This document shows, one piece after another, positions 44,742 to 56,739 of a stretch of 64,000 bases of DNA; positions within the stretch are counted from its first letter, which is position 1; each line of letters opens with the position of its first letter. The notes under the pieces were generated by a model that worked only from the letters and a program-made list of their open reading frames with translations, made no database searches and was not told the DNA's origin. The position numbers were made by a program, and so were the translations under genes. The DNA lies in assembly GCA_024346625.1 (NCBI GenBank), contig AP024664.1, forward strand, positions 744,001-808,000, given 5' to 3'. The DNA is from Williopsis jadinii (Eukaryota).

Positions 44742-45215
44742 TCAAACCGAGTCGATAGCATACTTGTGTGTGTAGAAACGGATAAGACCATTGTAGGCCT
44801 TGATATCGCCGCTCTTCAGCAAGTTTGAGATGTCAATATTCAGCGGACTCGTCGGCTCTGGATCCTGTAACAGCAGTAGGATGGCGGACATGGTGGTCAA
44901 TAGTGTCCAAGCTGGTGTCCATTGGTTCTGCAAGATGTCCAGGCAGATCTCCCCGGTCTGGAAGTTCACATTGGGATGGCAGAGCTTGTTCACAAACGTC
45001 ATCTTAGGCGGTGCGATGGGATAGTTCTGAGGCACTTCGATCTTGATCTTCCAAGTTCCTGCTTGGAATGGAGAGTTCGATGGTCCCCTAATGACTCCAC
45101 ACCAGGAGAAGAGGTCTCCCGTGGGCTCAAGCGACACGATGTTCTCGTACTCTTGCGTGTCTGATAGGGCCTTCTGGATGGAGTTATACTCCTTCATCAG
45201 CCTCTTTGTCGCCAT
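44742..45215 (-). CDS. PEX4: Peroxisomal ubiquitin-conjugating enzyme E2
   Basis: 'HPNVNFQTGEICLDIL..WTPAWTL','EPTSPLNID'; KRLMKEY N-terminus. Confidence 0.8.
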   Translation of the reverse strand: MATKRLMKEYNSIQKALSDTQEYENIVSLEPTGDLFSWCGVIRGPSNSPFQAGTWKIKIEVPQNYPIAPPKMTFVNKLCHPNVNFQTGEICLDILQNQWTPAWTLLTTMSAILLLLQDPEPTSPLNIDISNLLKSGDIKAYNGLIRFYTHKYAIDSV

Positions 45216-45328
45216 TATGGTGTGGATATGAGCTCAAGGTTGCGTAATAGCTGCGTGTTTATTGTTGATGTTGTGTGTTTACTGCTGTGATAAGCGGAAA
45301 TTGCTCAAGCGACGCGGTGAGGGAACCA

Positions 45329-45409
45329 ACACCCGGACATCTATACACCCGGACACCTTATAACCCGGACACCAGTGTGTGTGCCCCCTATCACACCCGC
45401 ACACCCGCA
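45329..45409 (+). promoter_or_regulatory. Cluster of Rap1/RPG-box-like motifs (ACACCCGGACAY) in the PEX4-PHB1 divergent promoter
   Basis: ACACCCGGACAT 45329, ACACCCGGACAC 45345, AACCCGGACAC 45362, ACACCCGCACAC 45393. Confidence 0.55.
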
Positions 45410-45531
45410 ACTTCGTCTTGTTTCGGTGTTTGGTTTCGCGATGTTTTTTCCCTCCTTCTTTTGGAGCTCGTTGCCACTTTCAGCCATAACCCCCTCTTCG
45501 ATACAAAGAGACAAGTCACAACCGGTAAATC

Positions 45532-46377
45532 ATGTCCAAAGCTGCTGAATTCATCTCCAAGATTGCCATCCCAGCAGGTATTGCGATCTCTGCTGCCCAA
45601 TATGCGATGTACGATGTGAAGGGAGGCTCACGTGCCGTGATCTTTGACAGAATCAACGGTGTTCAACAGCAAGTTGTTGGTGAAGGAACACACTTCCTCG
45701 TGCCATGGTTACAGAAGGCTGTTGTGTTTGACGTGCGTACGAGACCAAGAAACATCTCTTCCAACACTGGTACGAAGGACTTGCAGATGGTGTCATTGAC
45801 GTTGAGAGTTTTGCACAGACCCGATGTTCCAAAGTTGCCAACCATCTATCAGAACCTGGGTCTCGATTACGACGAAAGAGTGTTGCCATCCATCGGTAAC
45901 GAGGTGTTGAAGTCCATTGTTGCTCAATTCGACGCTGCTGAATTGATCACACAGAGAGAGGTTGTGAGCGCCAGAATCAGACAGGAGCTATCCGAGAGAG
46001 CCAAGGAGTTTAACATCAAACTGGAGGATGTCTCCATTACCCATATGACATTTGGTAACGAATTCACAAAGGCTGTTGAGCAGAAGCAAATTGCCCAACA
46101 AGATGCGGAAAGAGCCAAGTTCGTGGTGGAAAAGGCCGAGCAAGAGAGACAGGCCAGTGTTATCAGAGCTGAAGGTGAGGCAGAGGCTGCTGAATTCATC
46201 TCCAAAGCACTGGACAAGGCTGGCGATGGTTTACTGTTGATTAGAAGAATTGAAGCATCCAAGGAAATCGCACAGACTTTGGCAAACTCTAGCAATATCA
46301 CATATCTGCCTTCGAATGGTTCTGGTGCAGACCAAAGCTCCAATCCAAACTCCTTGCTCTTGAACTTGGGTCGTTAA
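45532..46377 (+). CDS. PHB1: Prohibitin 1
   Basis: SPFH domain '[51 protein letters not shown]'; C-terminus SLLLNLGR. Confidence 0.96.
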   Translation: MSKAAEFISKIAIPAGIAISAAQYAMYDVKGGSRAVIFDRINGVQQQVVGEGTHFLVPWLQKAVVFDVRTRPRNISSNTGTKDLQMVSLTLRVLHRPDVPKLPTIYQNLGLDYDERVLPSIGNEVLKSIVAQFDAAELITQREVVSARIRQELSERAKEFNIKLEDVSITHMTFGNEFTKAVEQKQIAQQDAERAKFVVEKAEQERQASVIRAEGEAEAAEFISKALDKAGDGLLLIRRIEASKEIAQTLANSSNITYLPSNGSGADQSSNPNSLLLNLGR

Positions 46378-46496
46378 GTTGAGCCTGTATTTATATTCCA
46401 TTGTACATAGATTTCACGATTATACTTGATACAGAGCACTATTCAAAGAAAGCCAACGTTGATTGATGCGTAGAATATTATACAAGGTCTGGACTC

Positions 46497-47738
46497 CTAT
46501 GCGGCAAATGGGTTACTGAAACGGTAATGCGAGCGAGAAGGTGAGCTGTTCGACTCTTGAAGGTCATCTCTGTTTATCTCAACTTCGTTCGATACCTCTT
46601 TCAGTGAGCTGAGATCATAGCCAGCTTCCTTCTTGATCATCTTCGAATATGCCCTTGTTCCCTCCACAGGAATAGAACCTTTACCCAGGACGAATCCTGG
46701 ATGGAATGGAACGAACATCACACACGTTAGAGCCATCATCAGCGCATCAAGAATCATAAAGTAAACCTCGTGAACAATCAAAAAGCCCGTCCAGCCCTCT
46801 GCAAGCTCGATAACTCTATAGATAGAACGGACGTAGACAAAGATGACACCCAGGAATATAATAACAGGGAAGTACTTGAAGATCTTACGTTCACGAACAT
46901 GTGCGTATTTAGGCTCGAACTCCATGTCATAGTAGCCCTTTCTCATGTACCTGATCTTCCAGAGGAAGTCCAGGAAGAAGAACAGGAAGATGGACATGGA
47001 AAACACTTGAAATGCTAAACCACCAACCATAATGTGGGTACCAGTATCAGCAGATTCGTACTGAGTCAATGACACAGCTGCAATACCACCACCGGCCGCT
47101 TGGATGACAAGAGATATCACGTCACACGTGACAAAGATATACGTGTACCATAACGGCTTCAGTATTGCGTACTGTTTCCCGTATATCTGGATGAGTTGTC
47201 CCAGCAGATAGTAAATACCGGCCATGATGAAACACGGTGCAATGGTCAAGCAAATGATCTGTATAAGGAACGGGTTCAGCTCTTGCGGATCCGTACTTGA
47301 CAGCGTACGACCAATGTAACCAAGCATCTCAAGGAAAGTACCGCAGAAGTAGGAGATACCAAACCACCAGGTTCTGAACCACGCACCGAGAAGTATCTGC
47401 GAGCCCATGAATATTCCCATCACAATGGCCATCGCCATGTTACCACCATTGGACGGCGTCATGCCGTACAAGTTATCAGCCAAGTAGTACGAGCTCAGCA
47501 TGGACTCCGCAGCAGAAGCAGCTGCCGTTGCTGATTCCACCACTGAGCTGGCCGTGGCAGTCGCAGCCAACTCCTCATTGAGCGCAAGAGCTAAAGAAGC
47601 TGATATGTAGTCTATGGATCTTGACTGCGCTATGAACGGCACCTTGTCAGTGATGGTGGCGATCTTAGACGTTGCACTGATAAGATCGGACTGTAACGAT
47701 GTGATCAGAGGGAGGAAGTTTGTCGTTGTTGATGTCAT
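46497..47738 (-). CDS. RTA1/Rsb1-family lipid-translocating exporter
   Basis: Seven TMs; 'LEMLGYIGR', 'IAPCFIMAGIY', 'QAAGGG', 'RSIYRVIELAEGW', 'FHPG'; S/T/A-rich N-terminal extension; ATG at 47738. Confidence 0.9.
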   Translation of the reverse strand: MTSTTTNFLPLITSLQSDLISATSKIATITDKVPFIAQSRSIDYISASLALALNEELAATATASSVVESATAAASAAESMLSSYYLADNLYGMTPSNGGNMAMAIVMGIFMGSQILLGAWFRTWWFGISYFCGTFLEMLGYIGRTLSSTDPQELNPFLIQIICLTIAPCFIMAGIYYLLGQLIQIYGKQYAILKPLWYTYIFVTCDVISLVIQAAGGGIAAVSLTQYESADTGTHIMVGGLAFQVFSMSIFLFFFLDFLWKIRYMRKGYYDMEFEPKYAHVRERKIFKYFPVIIFLGVIFVYVRSIYRVIELAEGWTGFLIVHEVYFMILDALMMALTCVMFVPFHPGFVLGKGSIPVEGTRAYSKMIKKEAGYDLSSLKEVSNEVEINRDDLQESNSSPSRSHYRFSNPFAA

Positions 47739-50299
47739 TGTATCTATGTCCCACACTCTACTACCGGGTATCGAGGATGTGAGCTGTTAGTTGTGTCTCT
47801 GAAAAGTGAGAAACAGTGGGTCCAGGGAACAATTTATAGAGAACCCTCAAGGCACCAAAAGCAAGAATAGCAAAGATCTTCGATGACGAAGGGAAAAGAA
47901 AAGAATACCTGCAAAGCGAATATGTAGGAAGGAAACACCATAGTTTGCTAGTAAAATTTGATCAATTTCTTTTGAAAGCTCTGCGAATTCCCGAGCTGTG
48001 GACCGTTACTGGTATCGGCCTGCACAGTTGACGCACGGACAAGCTGCGGAATTAAAAACCCGTTCAGCCAATGGAGGCATTGGCCCGAGCACTCGAGCAG
48101 CTGTGCACTTAATCACTTGCCCACCTCTAGGGGAGATCACACAAGGGACAAAGGCTATGGTGGACTCGGCCGACAAGTCGCCAGTGTCTCTAGTAGGGGA
48201 ACAATGACGGGATTTCCCTTAAGTTGAGGTTATATAAAGCGAGGAGATGGTAAAAGCCCGTCGTATTATTTAGGATATCAATGGAGCTGGTTGTTTTAGT
48301 CTGGTTTGGCTTACACTGATGGTTGTTTCGAAGCCATTGAGAGCATGTTAGAAAACCGATGATGTTTCGGGCGTAACGATCGCTGTTTAGGACCATTTTT
48401 GACTGAAGTAAACACAGCCTTGGGCGCCCAGGAGATGAATGTATGCGTCGATTTTGGCCAGTGGCCAGTGGCAGTGTGTGCTACAAATCGTAAGTAGACG
48501 GCCGTTGTGGTGTGCCAACCGTGGGATGTGCGGCGTACTTCGAGACCATCAATGGCTGCGTGGGACTTAACTACAGATCAAGCACATAGAGCACACTGGA
48601 CGCTCAGGAGGTGTGTGCTACGCCAGTGGTCTTGTCGGACCTACGGTGGGAAGCTCTAACAGCAAGCCTCCAGGGAGGGCGAAGTTGTTCTAGCGAGAGA
48701 GAGAGAGAGAGAGCAGCGTATACTGCATAGTTGGACACCTGGCGTTATAGCTAGTCTACAACGTGCATGCGTCTGTCCTCTTCTGTGATGTGCACAATCT
48801 AAGCTGTGTTTTTGTTTGATCGGAACAGTTATAGCGCAATCCATCTGAAATACCTGTACTTTCATGGACGTTGTTGATACATATGGTATAAATTACATAC
48901 ATCGGAAGCAGTGGTGGCTGTTTTCTCTGTGGGCGAGGAGCAGAACGTGATCACGTGGATTCTCTATATGCTTCTCCGTTCTGGTGGGAGAACGGCCCTG
49001 AAGTCACTTGATCTACAGAGCACTCAAGGAAACGCTTATAGATCCCCAACAGATTTCTTCTCTTTTTATCAGGACATGGCACATAGCCCTGTTCGGGCCA
49101 ACCACCCTTAAAAAACGTACCTCCTTCGATTCTGGTTTCTAGTCCTATGTTTAGTTGTGTGGCTCGTGGTTCATCATGTACAGCCCGGCTTCGGATCAAC
49201 GCTCAAAAAGTTCCGAGGCTTGAGCGCTGTCTGGGTACCACCGACACTTATCCAGATCTCCAAGGAATGTCACTCCGCCAGTGGTTTCACATTACAGATC
49301 ATATAAACTGATTCATGCAACCTAAAGTGAGTCTGATATAGGTCTGCGACTTTCGTAAACGTCCGCTTGAGATTAGATTTATGAGCTAGATCGAAAACGA
49401 TTCTATGGGAGTGCGACATATAACCACGAAGTCGTTACATACCAGTTGTCGATTCAATGCACTTTTCCCCCGTTTCAGAGCAGAAGGAAGTGTCACGTCA
49501 GATACAGATTTCAGGTCTGGATCCGAGAGAGTAATGTCCAGTAATGTTCAGTGATGTCTACATCGAATAGATGAACTATATGAGACATATTTCCGATCTA
49601 TATCGACTTTAGTTAATAGTGTGGCCCTCACACTCATGTAGTAGGTATCTTAACACGCTGTTAATTAATTATCAGTATGGGAAGTGTTCCACCTTACATT
49701 ACGCCTGGCCTATTAGTAATTCTGAGTAATTCTCGGATGTTCCAGGACAGATTCCTGTACCTCCAGCACTTGCGTCGCGTATCATATATACACCATAAAA
49801 TTGAAGGATTCAAGCCACGTAGCGTACAAACAGAGGGGTTGTCTTTCACAGTCAAATTCTGCTTCTCACGGTTCATCTCAGTACATCGTAAGGTGCCGGG
49901 ACAGTAATAGAAAGCAAAGTCTGTTGAATTATTCAACGCTTAACATGTGCGTATGCACTCACATGTATATCTGCCCCTCATTGCCTCGGATTTGTCAACT
50001 TTTGTAGTAGATCTCTTGGTGTTAGTAAGGAACCCTGCACAGAGTGCAGTTATTATTATTCGTCGTCAGTTTGCCTGGGTAAATATATGGGCTGCTCCCA
50101 AAAGACACATCAACGTATCATGATAAGTGTTTACTAGGGGGGGGGGCGAAGTCATGCTAAGGATGAATTCTTCTATTATGCAATTCTCCCGTGAATGCCA
50201 AACAATCACAATGATGCTAGATGTTCTAAATTATTCAATCATGTCATATATCTCGTGCTGGTGACTAGTGGATGACAATCAAGAGAGTTGTATGATGAT

Positions 50300-51238
50300 T
50301 CAGTACTTGTTCAGTTCGTATTGACTGTTATCGTCCTTTCCAGATTGAGGAACACATTGGCCTGCACCATAATCAACATAGTCGTTACTGTTTGTTCTTG
50401 AGCGGGCCTTACCGATCACAACTTTACCAATAACATAACCAGGATGGAAGATTGTCAATAACCAAATTGCCACGTTCATCATCAGTGCATCCAAAACCAA
50501 GAAATAACCTTCTTTACTTTGAAGATTACCGCTTCTTGGTTCGATAAACTCTGCCAATCTATACACAGAACGAACATAAATAAATAAGACAGATGCAATG
50601 ATGACCACTGGGTACCAGCGGAATACTAGTCTCTTTCGTAGTGTCTCGTACTTTGGATTGTAATCCAAACAAAAATGATCAGATTTCAGGAAGCGAATTC
50701 TGTGCAAAAAGACACCCACTAAGAATAGAAATATAGTCATGAGAAGGACTTGACACGCCAAACCAGTGATGATAAGAGCCTGGCCTGTATTATAACTTGC
50801 ACCATCTGAACCAGCCATCAAACCACCACCAGCACCTTGGAGGAAAAGAGAAAGGACGTCACCAATAACGAAGGCATACGAGCACAGGCGTGCACTGATC
50901 AAGGAGTATTTTCTTCCGTATACCACAATCATCTGGGCTAGAAGGTAATAGATACCAGCCATGATGAAAACTGGTGCAAAGACTAAAGTTGTAGCCTGGC
51001 AGACGTAAATGGACATATTCGTTACATTGTTGTGGCTCACCAATCTAGCAATATAGCCAATCAATTCACATATTATACCGAGAATGAAACATACACTGAA
51101 CCAGTACGATGTGCGGAAGTAAAACATCTGAACGATGTGTGCAATCAGAGCTAAACCCATAACAGCTGTAAACAGGGCATTCCACACGAGTGATGGGTTA
51201 TAGACATAAAAGTGGTACGCTGTATCTGCGTCCGACAT
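50300..51238 (-). CDS. RTA1-family membrane protein (second paralog)
   Basis: 'ELIGYIAR', 'APVFIMAGIY', 'QGAGGG', 'RSVYRLAEF', 'FHPG'; ATG at 51238. Confidence 0.88.
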   Translation of the reverse strand: MSDADTAYHFYVYNPSLVWNALFTAVMGLALIAHIVQMFYFRTSYWFSVCFILGIICELIGYIARLVSHNNVTNMSIYVCQATTLVFAPVFIMAGIYYLLAQMIVVYGRKYSLISARLCSYAFVIGDVLSLFLQGAGGGLMAGSDGASYNTGQALIITGLACQVLLMTIFLFLVGVFLHRIRFLKSDHFCLDYNPKYETLRKRLVFRWYPVVIIASVLFIYVRSVYRLAEFIEPRSGNLQSKEGYFLVLDALMMNVAIWLLTIFHPGYVIGKVVIGKARSRTNSNDYVDYGAGQCVPQSGKDDNSQYELNKY

Positions 51239-54200
51239 ATCTGATATATTTATGGTTCCCTCAATAAACCAAGACTCAACAATCAAGGTTCGCTTGATTT
51301 ATTCAGAGATATATGAATATCTCTGTCGTAAGTCTTGACTGAAACGTTTGAGATATCACAAAGTATTTATACAAAATGACTTTTCGAGAAGGTGGAGAAG
51401 TATTATTTACGAAGGAGGAAACAAGACTGAATTTTTCCTCTCTGGGTACTGCTGCTACTTTTTTAGTACATTAATGTGCATATGAATTGGAGAAATGCCT
51501 AACGTCAAATACTACTGGCTGAGCTACAGTTTCAGTTGCTTTATGGGCTGTGTAGCATCTAGAATTTTTTAACCTTTGTTTTGTCCCAGATATTAGTGTG
51601 GAAATGAGCACTCGCATACGTTTTGGCAGTACTTGACAAGATTGCACACAGGAATAATGTCTTGTCTCTAGATTGGACCATACAAAGGGAGGCTTCTTGT
51701 CGGGTAAATCAACTGCAAATCAACATCATTGCAGAATATTGACAGGTTCATTCAAAACACTTAATAGATGACCATCCAATTCCCAAATCTTCAAGAGCTG
51801 TACTACTGCATATCGCAACATGTTGACCACCAGCTGACTCTTCTTTTGTAATTGAAGGCCAACAGATACTCTCATTCGTAGAGATAACGTGTCCCTACAG
51901 CCAAGTGCTAGATATGAGTGATGATGATCAGCCATTTCGGCTCAGCTGCACACTTGAGAATCGAGGTCTATTTACGTTAACGCCTGACCAAGAACTTGAA
52001 AGCTAAACAGAAACATCTTCACAACTGGAAGAGCATATATTGAAACACCCCCAACAATATTGCTCTCTTGTATCACAGATAGCTCTTTTTCGTAGCACCG
52101 ACAAAGGGATGACCCCTTCGTAATGTGTTGTTTATGAAACTTTTCATGCCCTTCAACGACGGCCCTGTGATCAAGAGCGCGTGTGAACTCTCTACAGAAT
52201 CGTGCGCCTGATTCTAAATTCCAAAGGGCCTGCATAACCGCAGGCCGTAGTCGTAGAAAGAAGAAGGTTTCCTTTCCGACGCTTTCGTTGATAGTTTTAC
52301 TTCTTCAAACAGGATATCCAACTATATTGGTCATTTTGATATAAATGTACAAACGTTTCTTTATTTATTGGTTCATGTGTCAGCTTGAACTACATCACTC
52401 TGGTTTGGTCTAAAAGGCCCAGCTTCGACGAACCTTCCAGTAGCACGTATATAACCCGGGTATCATAAAATGTTTTGGAAACAGCTCAACGTTTGGTTAA
52501 AGGATTGTGGCGAAGTATATGCATTGCCTCAGGAAATTTGTTCAGCAGCTTGGTTATGTCCATATGTTCAGATATCAGATTTACAACGTACCTGTGAAAT
52601 CTTCCTGTACCATTTATAACCATACCATATTTGCATATATGCTATCCGACCCTTTAGCCAGTTAAATTGTACGTCAAAAGTGCCAAAAGGAAGCAATACC
52701 TTAACTTTCAGCATATAGGAACACTCCAATTAATGAATATATTATTGAGTGGGGGGATGGGATGCTGCAATCAACACAACACCGGAATGCTGCTTAAATG
52801 TAATGCTGCCGACGTAATAACATGGACTTTATTAATATTGTTCTTTCGTAAACACAAGTGGTTGAATCTACAAGAGTTTTGAAATTTTGCGTTGTTACAA
52901 TCCCAGAGATGATTTCAATGACAGAGAAGTGAAACGCAAATTAAACCACAATCCAAGGTATGCTTAGATCCTGGAAATGAGATTTTTAATAGCAACGTAT
53001 ACTTCTCTTCATCAAAGCTTTTCTTTCTCCAATTTGGTCATCATCCATGGATTATACTTTAACTATCACTTATTGGCTTCAGTTATCAAAACCGCCAAGT
53101 ACAACAGTTCCTTTGCACTGTTTGGAATGACTTTTGATTATTACATTCATATGTTGTGAAATGGGGTTTACTTGTCTTATAGTCATAACTAAGGATTTCC
53201 TAATGACCATAATGATACCACTTTAGCCCTGAATATTAGGAGTTCGTCAACGTTGCTATATTCTTCTTCTGTTAAAGTGCGGTGTTACCAAATATACTGG
53301 GTAAGAACCAAAATGTTGCGCTCTATTCACATTAAAAACAAGATGCTCACATGACAAGAGACCAAGAGCTACAAATACCTCTGGAGTTGAGTTAAATATC
53401 GATTCATATATGGTTGCCCCTCAGAAACATGGGTCTTATCAAATGCAAAACAGGAACTGGATGTTAGGTGATACACTATGGATACCAGAACAGATCCTTG
53501 TGAAATGAGTAATCATCTGGTCTATCTGAGAGCTTCAGTAAAGCATCCAACTTATGTACTGTGCTAATGGACCATTGTGGACAGCCCATAGGATTCGCCG
53601 CCAAACACTCAGTGATGGATTCAGTTGAACACAGCTATCAATTCCGAATCATTCATCAAAAGTACAGACTCTATCCATTGAACAATACAAATGATTTAAA
53701 CAAGTTGGTTATACACAGGGAGACATGGCTTGGAATTTGTACCCATGCTTCGCTTTGGTAAACCTCTCATACAACCCCTATATCCTACTGGCCTTCCTCC
53801 AAGCTACTTTTCAGATAATAGCACTGATATTTAGTCATAGTGGAAGGTTAAAGAGTGCAAATGAATCTACTTTACATTTGAATGAAGTTCTGTCTAGTCT
53901 TCCTTTTCGAATGGCAAGTCTTAAGAAAGAACTTGAAGTCCTTAATCGAATATGGGCAGAAGACAGCACGAATATACCAACGTATATCTCGGTGAAATCT
54001 TAAAGTTCTGCTTAAAAAGAATAGAACCGGAGAAAGTTCTCTGAACTAATGAGGATACACCGACAAATACTCTGCTTCCTGAGATAGTATCGATTTTGTT
54101 TGAAATATGCTCTCAATTTCGGAAATACCCGAATTGTTATAACTCAGGAACTATGAACAGCATGATAGGGCTGTCTCTACATCCTCCTGCTGGCATCATG

Positions 54201-55168
54201 TTGTATAAATCAGCTGAAATTGGCCCAGTTCTCAAGCCATTGTATTACTGTGACATTCTAGTATAGAAAACATATTCTATGTAACCATTGTTTCATTACT
54301 CAATTGTTGCTTTAAGGTATACGAACGGCTAATAGAAACAAGAAGGATCTTCAGTGGGTTTATGTGTGCATACCATCTTGTACCTGTTTCTTTTTCGTTT
54401 TTTCACTGCTTTTGTGTTCTTTGTGTTCCTCGTTTCTTTTTTCTTTTTTGTGCGAAAATTTGCGAAAAAGCGTCCAAAAAGGGATGATCTTCCAAAATAA
54501 CGCTGTCAAAATATTCCAACAACGTCATTGGTTCAAAAGAAAGTGACACCTTTCTGAGACTTCACTCACTCAAATCCATTATCTGGTGCAACCTACAGCT
54601 TTACTTTCCCTATCTTGATTCATTCCACTGACAGATTCAAATTCATGAGCTAGTGTCATTGTATGTGCCTGAAGTATGACTGAATATCTGTTGATATCTT
54701 CTCTGAACGGCATCATGATGCACTGTACGTTAATGACTGTAACGGTAAAAGGAAATCTAAATAAGCAAAACGAGAAGATTCTCTGAGATAAACCACAGAG
54801 TCACCATATGAGATGAGGTCCACGGGAGTTGCCTTAGAGACAAACAAGCCGATACCAAATTTCAAGTTAGCAGCGAAACTTGGAAAATCTACAAGTCGAT
54901 GAAACTATCGCAGACTTTCGGTCAAATACCCCATACATACAATCTGTAAAACGCTCTTTTATTAGATCCGGTTCACAATTGCTAAGAGAATACAGATACA
55001 TCCATCACACTTGGGAATTATTTCGATGCTACAGCGCTTTTTGGTGTTCCATCACTTGATCAGACATGATGGAGGGAGTGGCCGTCAATCTTTTAGGTAA
55101 ACCTCGGTATCCGTATCCTTAAAGCCTCTGCTTATGTATTTTTCTACAGTTATGACTAAAGCCGGATG

Positions 55169-55203
55169 AATAGGGAAATAGGGAAATAGGGAAATAGGGA
55201 AAT
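55169..55203 (+). repeat. (AATAGGGA)4 tandem repeat, canonical G-quadruplex motif
   Basis: GGG runs at 55173, 55181, 55189 and 55197 with 5-nt loops. Confidence 0.85.
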
Positions 55204-55759
55204 CTGGAAATGTTGTTCCGGAATTTGTAATCGAAATAAGTTAAGATAAGGCTGAGAGTTTCAAACCTAACAAGTACTACACCAGCGGCCCTTGAGGACA
55301 GAGTCCAGATACCAGCAGACTATATTATAGAGATATATACAATACGTCAATGGGTCAATTAAATGAAAAAAGTGGCATCATGAATGAAAAAAGCCCTATG
55401 TATTAGAAAAAATTAATTTCTTATCCAAGTTAATCACCATGGTTCAATTTGAGGTTATTGCGTGTGCGCCGTCCAGTACAATTTTTGTGCCGGTGCAATC
55501 GGCTTCTCCAGCCTCACAATGAAAACAAATTATACCATGATCACCCAATCCATGGCTGGCCAAAGGATTATCAATTGACCCGAACTATTCGTTGCCTAAG
55601 AAATAAACAAATTAGTCAGAAAGTAAAATAAATTAGTGGTTTTGTAGTCGTTGTAAAGTCATTAAAAGTCATTTGTCACATTTGTCACAGAGCACCCAGT
55701 ATACGCACAAAAACTTCAGGCAGATGTGACAATGGGGTAAAAAAAAAGGCACAATGCCA

Positions 55760-55966
55760 TTACAACAAGGGAATGTCGTGACGTCTCTTGGAGATGATGG
55801 AGCGGTGAGATGAATAGTAAATCACAAGGACTGTTAGGAATATGTAGAAGAACAGGCTCAGATCTTGACGACTCCCATGAGCTGAAGCGCTAGTGTGGGT
55901 GCTAGTTGCACTGGAAACTTCGTGAGCTTTGACTGCAAGCACTTGCTGAATCTGTGAATGTGACAT
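55760..55966 (-). CDS. Putative small single-pass membrane protein (68 aa)
   Basis: ATG in A-rich context (cactaagATG); TATAAAA ~130 bp upstream; Ser/Thr/His-rich N-terminus, one hydrophobic helix, basic tail. Confidence 0.45.
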   Translation of the reverse strand: MSHSQIQQVLAVKAHEVSSATSTHTSASAHGSRQDLSLFFYIFLTVLVIYYSSHRSIISKRRHDIPLL

Positions 55967-56739
55967 CTTAGTGTTTATGAATATGAAAATGAGTTTGTCT
56001 TGTTAGTAGAGAGTGTCTCCCCTTTGGAAGGTAAAGATACAGGAGATTCACTTGAAAGAAAACTTTTGAAGCTCTCAACTGGGAGCCCCTAAGATTTTAT
56101 ATCTTCCACTAGTGCTTACACTTCATTATGTGAGTGGTTTTTTTTTACTTTCCGTCTTGCATCTTAGCCCTGGGTCCGTTCCGTGCTCCGTAGACATTGC
56201 TTCTTACCAAGAGAGTGCTTGCATATATTTTGTAGACGCAGGGAATTTTTTGTCTGCTTTTTCCTCGAACTGGGTGCTTTATTGGCGCAACCACTAAACC
56301 ACAATGACTGTAATGCTCCGATGATGTATATTTCATCAGTCGTTAAGCCATTGAGACATTTGGTGGTCTTTTTGATAAGAGTGGCTCAAATTGTTCACAG
56401 TTGGCTAGTGGACTTATTTACAAACTCTAATTTTTTTTCGGATTGAAGAATGGTCCTAAATGGGTGGACCAGTTTTCTCGCTCTTGCCCAAAACAGCCAA
56501 GACGCTGAGTGGTGATCACCGACCGGGTTCAACGGGACATAAAAATAAGTGCGCCCAAATTTGCAGCAAGTTGTGCGACAAAAAATGCGCAAACAAAATG
56601 AACAGACGAGGACAAATTACGCAAAATTGAATGCGAGATTTTTGCGAGATTTTTGCGAAACTTTTGCGAAACAGTCCGCCATTTCCACCACCAGGGCTTC
56701 GATGAGCTTACTACTGGCGACATAAGTGAAGCTAATTCA

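Noticed and set aside
48694..48713. (GA)n microsatellite
   Set aside because: Ordinary dinucleotide repeat with no further structure
51726..52235. WD40-like or GxSAGG esterase-like fragments in short minus-strand ORFs
   Set aside because: Motif resemblance is fragmentary, falls in different frames and is at chance level without a profile search
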